A stretch of 64,000 nucleotides of DNA from Alphaproteobacteria bacterium (lineage in GTDB: Bacteria; Pseudomonadota; Alphaproteobacteria; UBA6615). The notes beneath the pieces are model-generated. The model made no database searches. It was given only the letters and a program-made list of their open reading frames with translations, and was not told the origin of the DNA. Where the stretch lies: assembly GCA_011087645.1 (NCBI GenBank), contig JAALLF010000001.1:208046-272045 (forward strand), read 5' to 3'. The position numbers and the translations under genes were made by a program. The first letter of the stretch is position 1. Each line of letters opens with the position of its first letter. Shown here in pieces: positions 9,476-19,821 of this stretch.

Positions 9476-10761
9476 AACCCAGATGGTTTGGGACCGCCGG
9501 TCGCCCAGTCGAGCAACTCGACGGTGTGGACGATCGGTGTGTCGAGGGCGTCGGCCAATTGCGCCATGCAGCCGATATTGCCGGTGGCGACGACGGCGGG
9601 CGCAGTAGCCGCGATGCTGGCGACCTTGCGGTCGCGCAACTGGTCGGCCAATTCGCTTTGCAGAATGTTGTAGGTGCCGGCGGAGCCGCAGCACAGATGG
9701 CCTTCGGCAGGCTCGCTTACCTCAAACCCGGCGGCCGACAGCAGGTCGCGCGGCTGCCGGCGCAGACCCTGGCCGTGCTGCATGGAACAGGCTGAATGAT
9801 AAGTCACCGGCAGATCCACCGCGCCGTCGAAAGTCGATAATTCAATATCGAGTTCGGCGACGAATTCGGTGACGTCGCGGGCCAATTCGGAAATCCGCGC
9901 CGCTTTCGCCGCATAGTCAGGGTCGTCGCGAAACATGAAGCCGTAATCCTTGACCTGGGTGCCGCAGCCGCTGGTGTTGATGATCAAGGCGTCGAGCCCG
10001 CCGTTTCCGATCTCACGGGACCAGGCATCGATATTGGCCTTCGCCTGCGCGTGGGACTGATCGACCTTGCCAAGGTGATGGACCAAGGAGCCACAGCACC
10101 CGGCGCCGTTGGTCACCACCACCTCAACCCCCAGGCGTGTCAGCAGTCGCACCGTCGCCTCGTTTATCTGCGGCGCCAACACGGTCTGGGCGCAGCCGTT
10201 GAGCAGCGCCACCCGCTTTCTCCGGGGGCCTTCGGCGGCAATCGCTTGCGGACGATCGACCGGCGAGCGTTTCGCCAGCCGGCGCGGCGCCAGCGCCAGC
10301 ATGGTGCGCACTCGTTTCGGCAGGAGCGGCGCGAACGGGCGCACCAGCATGGCGGCGGTCATCACCAGGCGAAACCGCGATGGATAGGGAATGGTCATCG
10401 CCAGGCCCCAGCGGATCATGCGATCCATCGCCGGGCGCCGGTACGTCTCTTCGATATGCTTGCGACCCTGATCGACCAAATGTTGGTAGTGCACCCCGGA
10501 CGGACAGGTCGTCATGCACGACAGGCACGACAGGCAGCGGTCGATATGGGTCACCACTTCTTCGGTCGCCGGCGCCGCTTCCTCGAACATTTGCTTCATC
10601 ATGTAGATGCGCCCGCGCGGGCTATCGAGCTCGTCGCCGAGCAGCACATAGGTCGGACAGGTCGCGGTGCAGAAACCGCAATGTACGCACGAACGCAGAA
10701 TATCGTTGGCGACCGCGGTATCGGAATCGGCCAATTGCGCGAGAGAGAAATGGGTTTGCAT
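9469..10761 (-). CDS. glcF: Glycolate oxidase iron-sulfur subunit GlcF
   Basis: Two 4Fe-4S cysteine clusters (CVHCGFCTATCP and CLSCLSCMTTCP) and C-terminal CCG domains. Confidence 0.9.
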   Translation of the reverse strand: MQTHFSLAQLADSDTAVANDILRSCVHCGFCTATCPTYVLLGDELDSPRGRIYMMKQMFEEAAPATEEVVTHIDRCLSCLSCMTTCPSGVHYQHLVDQGRKHIEETYRRPAMDRMIRWGLAMTIPYPSRFRLVMTAAMLVRPFAPLLPKRVRTMLALAPRRLAKRSPVDRPQAIAAEGPRRKRVALLNGCAQTVLAPQINEATVRLLTRLGVEVVVTNGAGCCGSLVHHLGKVDQSHAQAKANIDAWSREIGNGGLDALIINTSGCGTQVKDYGFMFRDDPDYAAKAARISELARDVTEFVAELDIELSTFDGAVDLPVTYHSACSMQHGQGLRRQPRDLLSAAGFEVSEPAEGHLCCGSAGTYNILQSELADQLRDRKVASIAATAPAVVATGNIGCMAQLADALDTPIVHTVELLDWATGGPKPSGLG

Positions 10762-10766
10762 GCGAC

Positions 10767-12017
10767 CTAAACCCCCTGATACATGCGGCCGGGATTTAAG
10801 ATGCGCCTAGGGTCGAAGCTGTCCTTGACCCGCGCCGACAAGGCCGCCAGCCCCTTGTCTTGCGGTTGGAAGACCGGCACCCGCGCCCGCACAGCGTCGT
10901 CCGCACGCACGAGGGTCGCGTGACCGCCGCCGTGGTTGGCCAAGACGGTGCGCACCACGTCGGCCCCGCCATCGTCACTGGGGCCATCGAGCCGATACCA
11001 GATCAAACCGCCTCCCCAATCGTAGAACGCTACGCCCGGCAAGGCGGCGGCAATGTCGCGCACCACCGCGGGGCCGGCACTCGGCGTTGCCGACAGACGC
11101 CACAGGGGCTGGTCACCGGTCTGAAACGGCGCGGCGTCGCGCACCTCCCGCCATAGCTTTATCGAGTTGGCGCTGTGCAACTCCTCCAGCGTGCCGAACG
11201 ATGCCAATAGATCACGCAAGGCTTCCAGGCGCGCCGCCACCGACGGGCTGAACCCCTCGATGCGCAACGCCGTTACCGCACCACCGGCGCCGCCGACATA
11301 GCTCACCGCCGATTGGCCCGCCACAGGGCCGGGCAAATGCGCCGCGCCGGAGACTTCATGGCTGGAATTGAGCGCCGCGGTCATGGCGCGCGCCGCCGCG
11401 TCATCATCAAGGCCGAGCACCAGCAGGGTGCGTATTTTCTCCGGCGCCGGCAGCACCTTGATGGTGATCTCGGTCAGCGCCGCCAACGTGCCGTATGAGC
11501 CGCTCATCAGTTTTGACAGGTCGTAGCCGGTGACGTTTTTGACCACCCGGCCGCCGCTCTTAAACGCCTCGCCGCGCCCGCTCATCCCCTGCACGCCGAG
11601 CACATGGTCGCGCGCCGCGCCGGCGTTAATTCGTCGGGGACCCGCTAAATTACAGGCAATCGCACCGCCCAAGGTGCCGCCCTCGTGGCCGTATAGAAGG
11701 GCCATATGCATCGGCTCGAACGCCAATTGCTGGCCCTTTTCGGCGACGGCCGCCTCGATCTCGGCCAAACTCGTGCCGGCGCCAGCGGTCAGCACCAGCT
11801 CTTCCGGTTCGTAGAGGGTGATGCCGCTCAGGCCCGACAGGTCCAGGCTGTGCCCGATAATCCGATTACCCTCGCCGCCATGGGCTCCCAGCAATGGCCG
11901 GCCCAACCCGCGCTTGGTTGCCGCGCCAGCGATCTCGAGCGGGATCTCCTCACCCGCCGCCCAGGCCAGGACCTCGCCAACCTGATCGGCGTTTTCGGGG
12001 GTAAGGGTCTCCGTCAT
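10767..12017 (-). CDS. glcE: Glycolate oxidase FAD-binding subunit GlcE
   Basis: FAD-binding PCMH-type domain positioned between glcD and glcF. Start taken at ATG 12017 (MTETLTPE). Confidence 0.85.
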   Translation of the reverse strand: MTETLTPENADQVGEVLAWAAGEEIPLEIAGAATKRGLGRPLLGAHGGEGNRIIGHSLDLSGLSGITLYEPEELVLTAGAGTSLAEIEAAVAEKGQQLAFEPMHMALLYGHEGGTLGGAIACNLAGPRRINAGAARDHVLGVQGMSGRGEAFKSGGRVVKNVTGYDLSKLMSGSYGTLAALTEITIKVLPAPEKIRTLLVLGLDDDAAARAMTAALNSSHEVSGAAHLPGPVAGQSAVSYVGGAGGAVTALRIEGFSPSVAARLEALRDLLASFGTLEELHSANSIKLWREVRDAAPFQTGDQPLWRLSATPSAGPAVVRDIAAALPGVAFYDWGGGLIWYRLDGPSDDGGADVVRTVLANHGGGHATLVRADDAVRARVPVFQPQDKGLAALSARVKDSFDPRRILNPGRMYQGV

Positions 12018-12300
12018 ACCCCCCACCCTCCCGCTTCGCGGGTCCCTCCCTCCCCCACAAGGGCAGGGCAATCGCACGTGACAGCCTCGCCCTTCGAGAC
12101 GCCGCCCTTCGGGCGGCTCCTCAGGATGAGGCTTTGCGCATATCTAACAGAATTCCTCATCCTGAGGGCTCGCGCAGCGAGTGTCTCGAAGGACGAGGAA
12201 TTCCAGCGCCGCCACATGCGATTCCCCTGCCCAAAGGGGGGGAGGGTGTATGGCCTATAAGCCCTCCCCCTTGATGGGGGAGGGTTTGGGTGGGGGTGAT
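12018..12300. repeat. Mosaic intergenic repeat element, copy 2, inserted between glcD and glcE
   Basis: Contains CTCCTCAGGATGAGG...CCTCATCCTGAGGG, GTCTCGAAGGACGAGG and the palindrome CCCTCCCCC-TTGAT-GGGGGAGGG. Confidence 0.6.
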
Positions 12301-12314
12301 GTCTCGCATCGAGC

Positions 12315-13802
12315 TTAGAACCGCGGCAGGTCGGGGAAGCGCGTTTGGCCGCGATGGATGTGCATGCGGCCGAGTTCGGCGCAGCGGTGCAGGGTTGGAA
12401 ACACCTTACCCGGATTGAGCAGCTGCTGGGGGTCGAAGGCGCATTTCACCCGTTGCTGCTGGTTGAGATCCTCTTCGGAGAACATAACACCCATCAAATC
12501 GCGCTTCTCGACCCCGACCCCATGCTCACCGGTGAGTACCCCGCCGACTTCGACACAGAGACGCAGAATATCTGAGCCGAAATCCTCCGCCCGTTCCAGC
12601 TCACCGGGATTATTGGCGTCGTACATGATCAGCGGATGCAGATTACCATCGCCGGCATGGAAAACATTGGCCACGCCGAGATCATATTTCTTCGACATCT
12701 CGGCCATGCGCGCCAACACTTCGGGCAGGCGGTGGCGCGGGATGGTGCCGTCCATGCAGTAATAATCGGGGGTCAGGCGGCCAATAGCCGGGAAGGCTGC
12801 CTTGCGCCCGGCCCAAAACTGCTCACGCTCTTCTTCGCTTTCGCTAACCCGCACCGAAATCGCGCCGCGCGCATCGGCCAGCCCGCGCACCCGCTCGATC
12901 AAATAATCGACTTCCGCCGGCGGACCGTCGAGCTCGACCAGCAATAACGCGCCGACATCTATGGGATAGCCCACCTGCACGAAGGCTTCCGCCGCCGCGA
13001 TGGCCGGGCCATCCATCATCTCCATACCGCCGGGAATGATGCCGTCGCTAATAATATCGGCGACGCATTGGCCACCGGCCTCCGAGGTGTCGAAACCGAT
13101 CATCAGCGCCCGCGCCGTGGTCGGCTTGGGCAGAATGCGCACCGTGACCTCGGTAATGATCCCCAGTAGGCCTTCCGAGCCGGTCATCAGGCCCAGCAGG
13201 TCGTAGCCTTCGCTGTCCATATGCTTGCCGCCGAGGCGCAGAATTTCGCCGTCGGGCAGCACCATTTCGAGCCCCAGAATGTTGTTGGTGGTGAGACCGT
13301 ATTTCAGACAATGCACGCCGCCGGAATTCTCCGCCACATTGCCGCCGATAGTGCACGCGATCTGGCTCGACGGATCGGGCGCGTAATAGAACCCCTCGCC
13401 CTGCACCGCTTGCGAAATGCCCAGATTGGTCACGCCCGGCTGCACCCGCGCGCAGCGGTTATCGTAGTCGATCTCCAGCACCCGGTTGAATTTACCCAAG
13501 CCCAGGGTGACGCCATCTGCGAGCGGCAGCGCACCGCCCGATAGCGACGTGCCGGCGCCGCGGGGTACGATTTTCACATTGTTCTGGTGGCAATAGGCCA
13601 GAACTTCGCTGACCTGCGCCACGTTTTCCGGCAGCACGACGATCATCGGCAATTGGTGGTAGGCGGTCAGCCCATCGGATTCATAGACCGCCAGCTCTTT
13701 TTCGTCGGCGATGACGCTTTGGTCCGGCACGATCGCGCGCAGGGCGGCGATGATCTCGGCGCGCCGGGCCAATACCGCTTGATCGGGATCGGGCATCTTC
13801 AT
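12315..13802 (-). CDS. glcD: Glycolate oxidase subunit GlcD (FAD-linked oxidase)
   Basis: FAD-binding domain followed by an FAD-oxidase C-terminal domain. First gene of the glcDEF order. Confidence 0.9.
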   Translation of the reverse strand: MKMPDPDQAVLARRAEIIAALRAIVPDQSVIADEKELAVYESDGLTAYHQLPMIVVLPENVAQVSEVLAYCHQNNVKIVPRGAGTSLSGGALPLADGVTLGLGKFNRVLEIDYDNRCARVQPGVTNLGISQAVQGEGFYYAPDPSSQIACTIGGNVAENSGGVHCLKYGLTTNNILGLEMVLPDGEILRLGGKHMDSEGYDLLGLMTGSEGLLGIITEVTVRILPKPTTARALMIGFDTSEAGGQCVADIISDGIIPGGMEMMDGPAIAAAEAFVQVGYPIDVGALLLVELDGPPAEVDYLIERVRGLADARGAISVRVSESEEEREQFWAGRKAAFPAIGRLTPDYYCMDGTIPRHRLPEVLARMAEMSKKYDLGVANVFHAGDGNLHPLIMYDANNPGELERAEDFGSDILRLCVEVGGVLTGEHGVGVEKRDLMGVMFSEEDLNQQQRVKCAFDPQQLLNPGKVFPTLHRCAELGRMHIHRGQTRFPDLPRF

Positions 13803-13922
13803 CGGCTTAGATCCTCAACTTAAGGCAATCACCAATTATAGGCGGTGTTCAGGCAACAAAAAACCGCGCCAACCGCGCGGTTTTCAGATCGCGGTCAAAC
13901 CGCATCGCAGGAACGCCGGATA

Positions 13923-14048
13923 TCAACCCTGGCGCGCCTTAAAACGCGGGTTGCGCTTGTTGATCACATAGAGACGCCCGCGCCGTTTCACCACCTGGCA
14001 GTGGCGATCGCGCTTCTTCAAAGTTTTCAACGAACTAGCGACTTTCAT
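13923..14048 (-). CDS. rpmJ: 50S ribosomal protein L36 (zinc-independent type, as in Alphaproteobacteria); absent from the ORF track because shorter than 60 aa
   Basis: Translates to [41 protein letters not shown], an unmistakable L36. Confidence 0.8.
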   Translation of the reverse strand: MKVASSLKTLKKRDRHCQVVKRRGRLYVINKRNPRFKARQG

Positions 14049-14283
14049 CGGTCTGACCTTCAGCTATCATCGGCACCCGAAATGGGGTGCGGCGCGGAAC
14101 CTACAAAGCCCCCGAAGGCGTGTCAACCACTGCTTTTCAGCCAATAATGCCGCCTTTGATATACGATAAGCGTCAAAACGCCGCCGTATCGCCGGGGGTC
14201 GCGCACCAGCCGCCAAGGCGTGCTATACATCGGATAAGCCGAATCGGAATTGCCCTTATTATGAACACGCAGAGGAATTGCGC

Positions 14284-15270
14284 GTGAGCGACCCGTCGAA
14301 CCCACAGTTTTGGTCCATGCGCCTGGGCAGCCATCCCAAGCGCGACGATGTGTCCTTCGATCTCGACTCGGTTTTGTCGTCGGTCGTATCCTTGCGCGCG
14401 ACCATCCCCGAAGACGCCTTCACCGCACCGATCCTCGGTACTGAGCGCGAGGGTCAGGGCGTGGTGATCGACAATAGCGGCACCGTGCTGACCATTGGCT
14501 ACCTGGTTACCGAAGCCGAAGAAATTTGGCTGATCGGCAACAACGGCATGGCATTGCCGGCTCATGTGCTGGCGTTTGATCAGGAAACCGGATTGGGTCT
14601 GGTACAGGCGTTAGGCAATCTTGGCCTGCCCGCCGCGGAGATCGGCGAATCGTTTCCCGTCGCTGTGGGCGAGCCAGTCATCGTCGCCGGCCAGGGCGGC
14701 ACGGAAGAGGCGGTCAACGCCCAAGTGGTGTCGGTGCGCGAATTCGCCGGATCATGGGAGTATCTGCTCGACGACGCCATTTTCACCATTCCCGCTCACT
14801 CGAAATGGAGCGGCGCCGGGGTGTTTAACCGGTTGGGACACCTCATCGGCATCGGCTCGCTCTATATCCAGCAGGCGATCCCCGGCGAAGATCAGATCGA
14901 TGGCAATATGATCGTGCCGATCGACATTCTGAAACCCATCTATGACGATTTGCTCACTCAGGGCCGGCAGAGTAAGCCGCCACGGCCCTGGTTGGGCATG
15001 ACGACCGCGGAAGCCGACGACAAGTTGGTGGTCGCTGGGCTAGCCAAACGGGGGCCCGCCATGCGCGCCGGCGTCGATCTGGGCGATATGATCGTCGGCA
15101 TCGCCGGCGAGCCGGTCTCGGGTCTGCCGACCATGTTCCGCAAGATTTGGGCGCTGGGCAGCGCCGGTGTCGCGGTGCCGCTCACGTTGGAGCGCGACGG
15201 CCGCACCCTGTCGATCACCGTGGATAGCGGGTCCCGGGCGGATTATCTGAAAAAGCCGGACTTAAACTAG
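14284..15270 (+). CDS. Trypsin-like (S1) serine protease with C-terminal PDZ domain, no signal peptide
   Basis: Trypsin-2-type domain followed by a PDZ-like segment (GLAKRGPAMRAGVDLGDMIVGIAGEPV). The start is ambiguous: TTG 14278 or GTG 14284, after an AGAGGA RBS. Confidence 0.7.
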   Translation: MSDPSNPQFWSMRLGSHPKRDDVSFDLDSVLSSVVSLRATIPEDAFTAPILGTEREGQGVVIDNSGTVLTIGYLVTEAEEIWLIGNNGMALPAHVLAFDQETGLGLVQALGNLGLPAAEIGESFPVAVGEPVIVAGQGGTEEAVNAQVVSVREFAGSWEYLLDDAIFTIPAHSKWSGAGVFNRLGHLIGIGSLYIQQAIPGEDQIDGNMIVPIDILKPIYDDLLTQGRQSKPPRPWLGMTTAEADDKLVVAGLAKRGPAMRAGVDLGDMIVGIAGEPVSGLPTMFRKIWALGSAGVAVPLTLERDGRTLSITVDSGSRADYLKKPDLN

Positions 15271-15446
15271 AGCACCGCCGGCGGGGCTTCAGGCGCGTGA
15301 CGTGGCCAATTTTCGCACCAAACACAAAATCGCTATCAAACTAAAGTCTGTTGTCTGCGGAGGCGATAACAGTGCAGTATCGGTGCGCACAAAAATTGCG
15401 TGTGATCGTTGAAGTTGCACGTGCATAACAAAATGGAGTGAGAGAG

Positions 15447-16481
15447 ATGAAATTTACAGCAATCACAGGCGCTGTGGCCGCAGTCGCGGCCATGTGGATC
15501 GCCGGTGGCGCCGCGGGCGGCGCCCATGCGGCCACGTTGGACGACGTGAAAGCAGCCGGTGAAGTGAAGTGCGGCATTAACACCGGCTTGCCGGGTTTTG
15601 CCTTCACCGACGACAAGGGCAACTGGACCGGCTTCGACGTCGCTTATTGCAAGGCGCTTGCCGCCGCCGTATTCGGCGATCCCGGCAAGGTCAAATATGT
15701 CAATTTGACTGGTAAGAACCGCTTCCCGGCGCTCGCCTCGGGCGAAATTGACGTATTGTCGCGCAACACCACCTGGACCTTCTCGCGCGATGTGGATTTG
15801 GGATTCACCTTCATCGGTGTCAGCTACTACGACGGTCAGGGCTTCATCGGCCGTACGGCCTTGGGCGCGAAAAGCGCGAAAGAGCTCGACGGCGCTTCGG
15901 TCTGCATCCAGACCGGCACCACCACCGAGCTAAATCTGGCGGACTATTTCCGCTCCAACAACATCAAGTACGAGCCAGTCCCCATCGAGACCAATGAAGA
16001 AGCCCGCAAGGCCTACGAAGCCGAGCGTTGCGACGTCTACACTACGGACGCCTCGGGTCTGGCGGCAACCAAGTCGACCTTCCCGGATGCCGAAAATCAC
16101 ATGGTATTCCCGGAAATCGTCTCGAAAGAGCCGCTCGGACCGCTGGTCCGCCAGGGCGACGATCAGTGGGCGGACATCGCGCGCTGGACGCTTAATGCGC
16201 TGATCAACGCCGAAGAGCTCGGTCTGACCCAGGCCAATGTCGATAAGATGGCGGTCAAGGGTAACAACCCAGAGGTCAACCGGATGCTGGGTTCGGAAGG
16301 CTCGCTCGGCGAGATGCTGGGACTGTCCAAGACCTGGGCAGTCGCGGTCATCAAGTCCGAAGGTAACTACAGCGAGATCTTCGAACGCTATCTCGGCAAG
16401 GACACCCCGCTCGGTCTCGCGCGCGGGCAAAACGCGCTCTACAAAGACGGCGGCATTCTCTACGCACCGCCGATGCGTTAA
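15447..16481 (+). CDS. aapJ: General L-amino-acid ABC transporter substrate-binding protein (AapJ/BztA-like)
   Basis: Signal peptide plus type-3 periplasmic binding fold. It is followed by two permeases and an ATPase in the aap/bzt order. GGAG RBS precedes ATG 15447. Confidence 0.85.
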   Translation: MKFTAITGAVAAVAAMWIAGGAAGGAHAATLDDVKAAGEVKCGINTGLPGFAFTDDKGNWTGFDVAYCKALAAAVFGDPGKVKYVNLTGKNRFPALASGEIDVLSRNTTWTFSRDVDLGFTFIGVSYYDGQGFIGRTALGAKSAKELDGASVCIQTGTTTELNLADYFRSNNIKYEPVPIETNEEARKAYEAERCDVYTTDASGLAATKSTFPDAENHMVFPEIVSKEPLGPLVRQGDDQWADIARWTLNALINAEELGLTQANVDKMAVKGNNPEVNRMLGSEGSLGEMLGLSKTWAVAVIKSEGNYSEIFERYLGKDTPLGLARGQNALYKDGGILYAPPMR

Positions 16482-16557
16482 TCCGATTGGATAAGTGGTC
16501 CGCCCGTGAAGGGCGGGCCACTTTCCATTAGACTTTGTCGCTTAAAGATTAGCTGTT

Positions 16558-17748
16558 GTGGCAACCACAGCCCTTACTAGTGAAGCCAAAGGCCTGGAAT
16601 TCCGGCGCCTCCTGACGGACGAGCGTTCGCGCGGCATTATTTTCCAACTCGCCGTCGCGTTGGGTCTCTTAGCTTTCATCATCTTCATCGTGGCGAATAC
16701 GCTGGCCAACTTGGAAAAGGCCGGGCTGGAGCCTGGCTACGGTTTCCTAAATGATCCCGCCTTTTTCGACATCAACCAGCGGCTGATCGAATATACGTCC
16801 CAGTCCACCTTCGGACGCGCATTGGTCGTCGGGTTTTTAAACACCATTCTCGTTTCCAGTCTGGGCATTATCGCGGCGGCCCTGATCGGATTTTCCGCCG
16901 GCGTGCTGCGGCTGTCGAATAATTGGATTCTCAGCCGGCTGGTGACGACCTATGTCGAATTCACCCGCAACGTGCCGGTTTTGCTGCAAATCATTTTCTG
17001 GTGGGCGATCCTCACCGGGCTGCCCAAGGTCCGCGACAGCCTGTCGATCGGCGACGCGCTCTTTTTGAATAATCGCGGCCTCCGCATGCCGGCGCCAATT
17101 TTAGAACAAGGCTTCGGCTGGGTGTTTGCCGCCTTCATCGTCGGCGTCGTTGCCACCATCGTCATCGCCAAATGGGCCAAGCGCCGCCAGGACCAGACCG
17201 GCCAAACCGCGCCGATGCTGTGGATCGGCTTGGGCTTAATCATCGGCTTGCCGGTGATCGTCCATTTTATCATCGGCCAACCGCTGAGTTGGGACATACC
17301 GGAGCGCACGCGGTTTAATTTCGCCGGCGGGTTTAATGTCACGCCAGAATTGATCGCGCTGTGGTTCGCCCTGTCGACCTATACCGGCGCGTTTATCTCG
17401 GAAAATGTGCGCGCTGGCATCATGGCGGTGAGCAAGGGGCAAAGCGAGGCGGCCTTCGCGCTCGGCCTGCGTCCCAACCAGACTATGCGTCTGATCGTTA
17501 TTCCCCAGGCGCTGCGCGTGATCATTCCGCCAACCACCAGCCAGTTCCTCAACCTAACCAAAAATTCATCGCTGGCCATCGCCATCGGCTACCAGGATTT
17601 GGTCTCCATCGGCGGCACCATTTTGAACCAGAGCGGCCAAGCGCTTGAGGTTGTCGGTATTTGGATGGCGGTCTATCTGAGCCTCAGTCTGCTCACATCG
17701 GCCTTTATGAACTGGTACAATAATAAAATTGCGCTGGTGGAGCGATGA
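16558..17748 (+). CDS. aapQ: Amino-acid ABC transporter permease (AapQ/BztB-like)
   Basis: Polar-amino-acid permease with an EAA loop region. GTG start. Confidence 0.85.
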   Translation: MATTALTSEAKGLEFRRLLTDERSRGIIFQLAVALGLLAFIIFIVANTLANLEKAGLEPGYGFLNDPAFFDINQRLIEYTSQSTFGRALVVGFLNTILVSSLGIIAAALIGFSAGVLRLSNNWILSRLVTTYVEFTRNVPVLLQIIFWWAILTGLPKVRDSLSIGDALFLNNRGLRMPAPILEQGFGWVFAAFIVGVVATIVIAKWAKRRQDQTGQTAPMLWIGLGLIIGLPVIVHFIIGQPLSWDIPERTRFNFAGGFNVTPELIALWFALSTYTGAFISENVRAGIMAVSKGQSEAAFALGLRPNQTMRLIVIPQALRVIIPPTTSQFLNLTKNSSLAIAIGYQDLVSIGGTILNQSGQALEVVGIWMAVYLSLSLLTSAFMNWYNNKIALVER

Positions 17749-18854
17749 CCGACCAAGCCTTCCATCGCCAGCAGGCCGAGCTCTTGCCGCAGCGCGCCGC
17801 GCCGATGACGCAAGTCGGCGTCGTCGGTTGGGCGCGCACCAATCTGTTCTCCAGCTGGCTCAACAGCATACTGACCCTCGTCGCCCTTTATATCATTTGG
17901 GTAGTTGTCTCGACGCTGATCGACTGGGCGTTCATCAGTTCCCATGTCAGCGGCACCGACCGCTTCGCCTGCACCAGCGAAGGTGCGTGCTGGGCCTGGC
18001 TCGACCAGCGCATCCAGCAGTTCCTCTATGGATTCTATCCGTCGGAAGAGACCTGGCGGGTCAATTTAGCCTTCGTGCTGCTATTTCCCGCCCTGGCGCC
18101 GTGGTTGTTCGACAATGTGCCCGGCGCCCGCTATCTGCGTTGGTTCTCGCTTGCCTATCCGATCATCGCCGCCATTCTGTTGGCCGGCGGCCTGGGCCTG
18201 ACCGTGGTCGGCACCGACAAGCTCGGTGGCTTCACCCTGAACCTGACCGTCGGGCTGGCCGGTATCGTCTTGTCCCTTCCCATCGGCATTGTACTGGCGC
18301 TGGGCCGCCAGTCGCGCCTGCCGATCATCCGCATCCTGTCGATCGTCTTTATCGAATCGGTGCGCGGCGTGCCGCTGATCACCCTGTTGTTCGTCTCGAA
18401 CATCATTCTGCCGATCTTCCTGCCGCCCGACGTCTCGCTGAACGCCGTCATTCGCGTCATCGTCATGGTGACCGCCTTTGCGTCGGCCTACATGGCCGAG
18501 GTCATTCGCGGCGGCCTGCAGGCGATCCCCAAGGGCCAATACGAAGCGGCCCAGGCGATGGGCCTTGGTTACTGGCAGATGATGCGCCTGATCATTCTGC
18601 CGCAGGCCTTGAAGATCTCGATCCCGGGCATCGTCAACACCTTCATCGGCCTGTTCAAGGACACCACCCTGGTCATCATCATCGGCCTGTTCGATATCCT
18701 CGGCATCGCCAACGCCATGGTCTCGAACCCCGATTGGCTGGGCCTGTCGTCGGAGACTTACGTGGTGGTGGCGCTATTCTTCTTCACCGTGTGCTTTTCC
18801 ATGTCACGGTATTCGATCCACCTCGAGCGCAAGCTCGATACAACAAACCGCTGA
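17745..18854 (+). CDS. aapM: Amino-acid ABC transporter permease (AapM/BztC-like)
   Basis: Second permease. ATGA overlap with the upstream gene. Confidence 0.85.
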   Translation: MTDQAFHRQQAELLPQRAAPMTQVGVVGWARTNLFSSWLNSILTLVALYIIWVVVSTLIDWAFISSHVSGTDRFACTSEGACWAWLDQRIQQFLYGFYPSEETWRVNLAFVLLFPALAPWLFDNVPGARYLRWFSLAYPIIAAILLAGGLGLTVVGTDKLGGFTLNLTVGLAGIVLSLPIGIVLALGRQSRLPIIRILSIVFIESVRGVPLITLLFVSNIILPIFLPPDVSLNAVIRVIVMVTAFASAYMAEVIRGGLQAIPKGQYEAAQAMGLGYWQMMRLIILPQALKISIPGIVNTFIGLFKDTTLVIIIGLFDILGIANAMVSNPDWLGLSSETYVVVALFFFTVCFSMSRYSIHLERKLDTTNR

Positions 18855-18866
18855 AGCGAGGCGATC

Positions 18867-19640
18867 ATGTCGATGGCAGATTCCACCCCTAGTTCCGAGA
18901 CCGGCGCACCGGTCATCGAGATCAACGGTCTCAACAAATGGTTCGGCCCGTTCCACGTTCTGCGCGACATAAACCTGTCGGTCGCGCAACGCGAACGCAT
19001 CGTCATCTGCGGCCCCTCGGGCAGCGGCAAATCGACCCTGATCCGCTGCATCAACCGCCTGGAAGAACACCAAGAGGGCCAGATTATTGTCGACGGCACC
19101 GAGCTGACCAACGATTTAAAAAATATCGACGCGGTGCGCCGCGAAGTCGGCATGGTGTTCCAGTCGTTCAACCTGTTCCCCCACCTCACCGTGCTGGAAA
19201 ACTGCACTCTGGCGCCGATTTGGGTGCGCAAGACCCCGAAGGCGGAGGCCGAGGCGATCGCCATGGAACTGCTCGAGCGGGTCAAAATTCCCGAACAGGC
19301 GGACAAATATCCCGGCCAGATGTCGGGCGGCCAGCAACAGCGCGTGGCCATCGCCCGATCCTTGTGCATGCGCCCCAACGTCATGCTGTTCGACGAGCCG
19401 ACCTCGGCGCTCGATCCGGAAATGATCAAGGAAGTGCTCGACGTGATGGTCGATCTGGCGGAATCCGGCATGACCATGCTGGTGGTCACCCACGAAATGG
19501 GCTTCGCCAGCCAAGTCGCCGACCGGGTGATTTTTATGGACGAGGGGCAGATCGTCGAGCAGAACACGCCGGACGAATTTTTCAACAATCCGCAGTCGGA
19601 CCGCACCAAGCTGTTCTTAAGCCAAATCCTCAGCCATTAG
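18867..19640 (+). CDS. aapP: Amino-acid ABC transporter ATP-binding protein (AapP/BztD-like)
   Basis: Walker [10 protein letters not shown], signature LSGGQQQRV and Walker [12 protein letters not shown]. Confidence 0.9.
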   Translation: MSMADSTPSSETGAPVIEINGLNKWFGPFHVLRDINLSVAQRERIVICGPSGSGKSTLIRCINRLEEHQEGQIIVDGTELTNDLKNIDAVRREVGMVFQSFNLFPHLTVLENCTLAPIWVRKTPKAEAEAIAMELLERVKIPEQADKYPGQMSGGQQQRVAIARSLCMRPNVMLFDEPTSALDPEMIKEVLDVMVDLAESGMTMLVVTHEMGFASQVADRVIFMDEGQIVEQNTPDEFFNNPQSDRTKLFLSQILSH

Positions 19641-19678
19641 TCACACGACGCAGCCGAAGTTACGTCTCGGCAAATAAC

Positions 19679-19800
19679 CTTCTCCCATAGGGAGAGGGTG
19701 GCGAGCGAATGCGAGCCGGGTGAGGGGTTAGGGACAGTGACAGGTATCCTGGATATACCGTAACCCCTCACCCCAGCCCTCTCCCTATGGGAGAGGGGGC
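19679..19800. repeat. Mosaic intergenic repeat element, copy 3
   Basis: CTTCTCCC-ATA-GGGAGAGGG ... GCGAGCCGGGTGAGGGG ... CCCCTCACCCC ... CCCTCTCCC-TAT-GGGAGAGGG. Confidence 0.6.
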
Positions 19801-19821
19801 TTGGCGCGTTAATCACCCGAC

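Noticed and set aside
17729-18892. 387-aa ORF overlapping aapM in another + frame
   Set aside because: Same-strand frame-shifted overlap with a well-supported ABC permease. Pro/Arg/His-rich, low-complexity translation.
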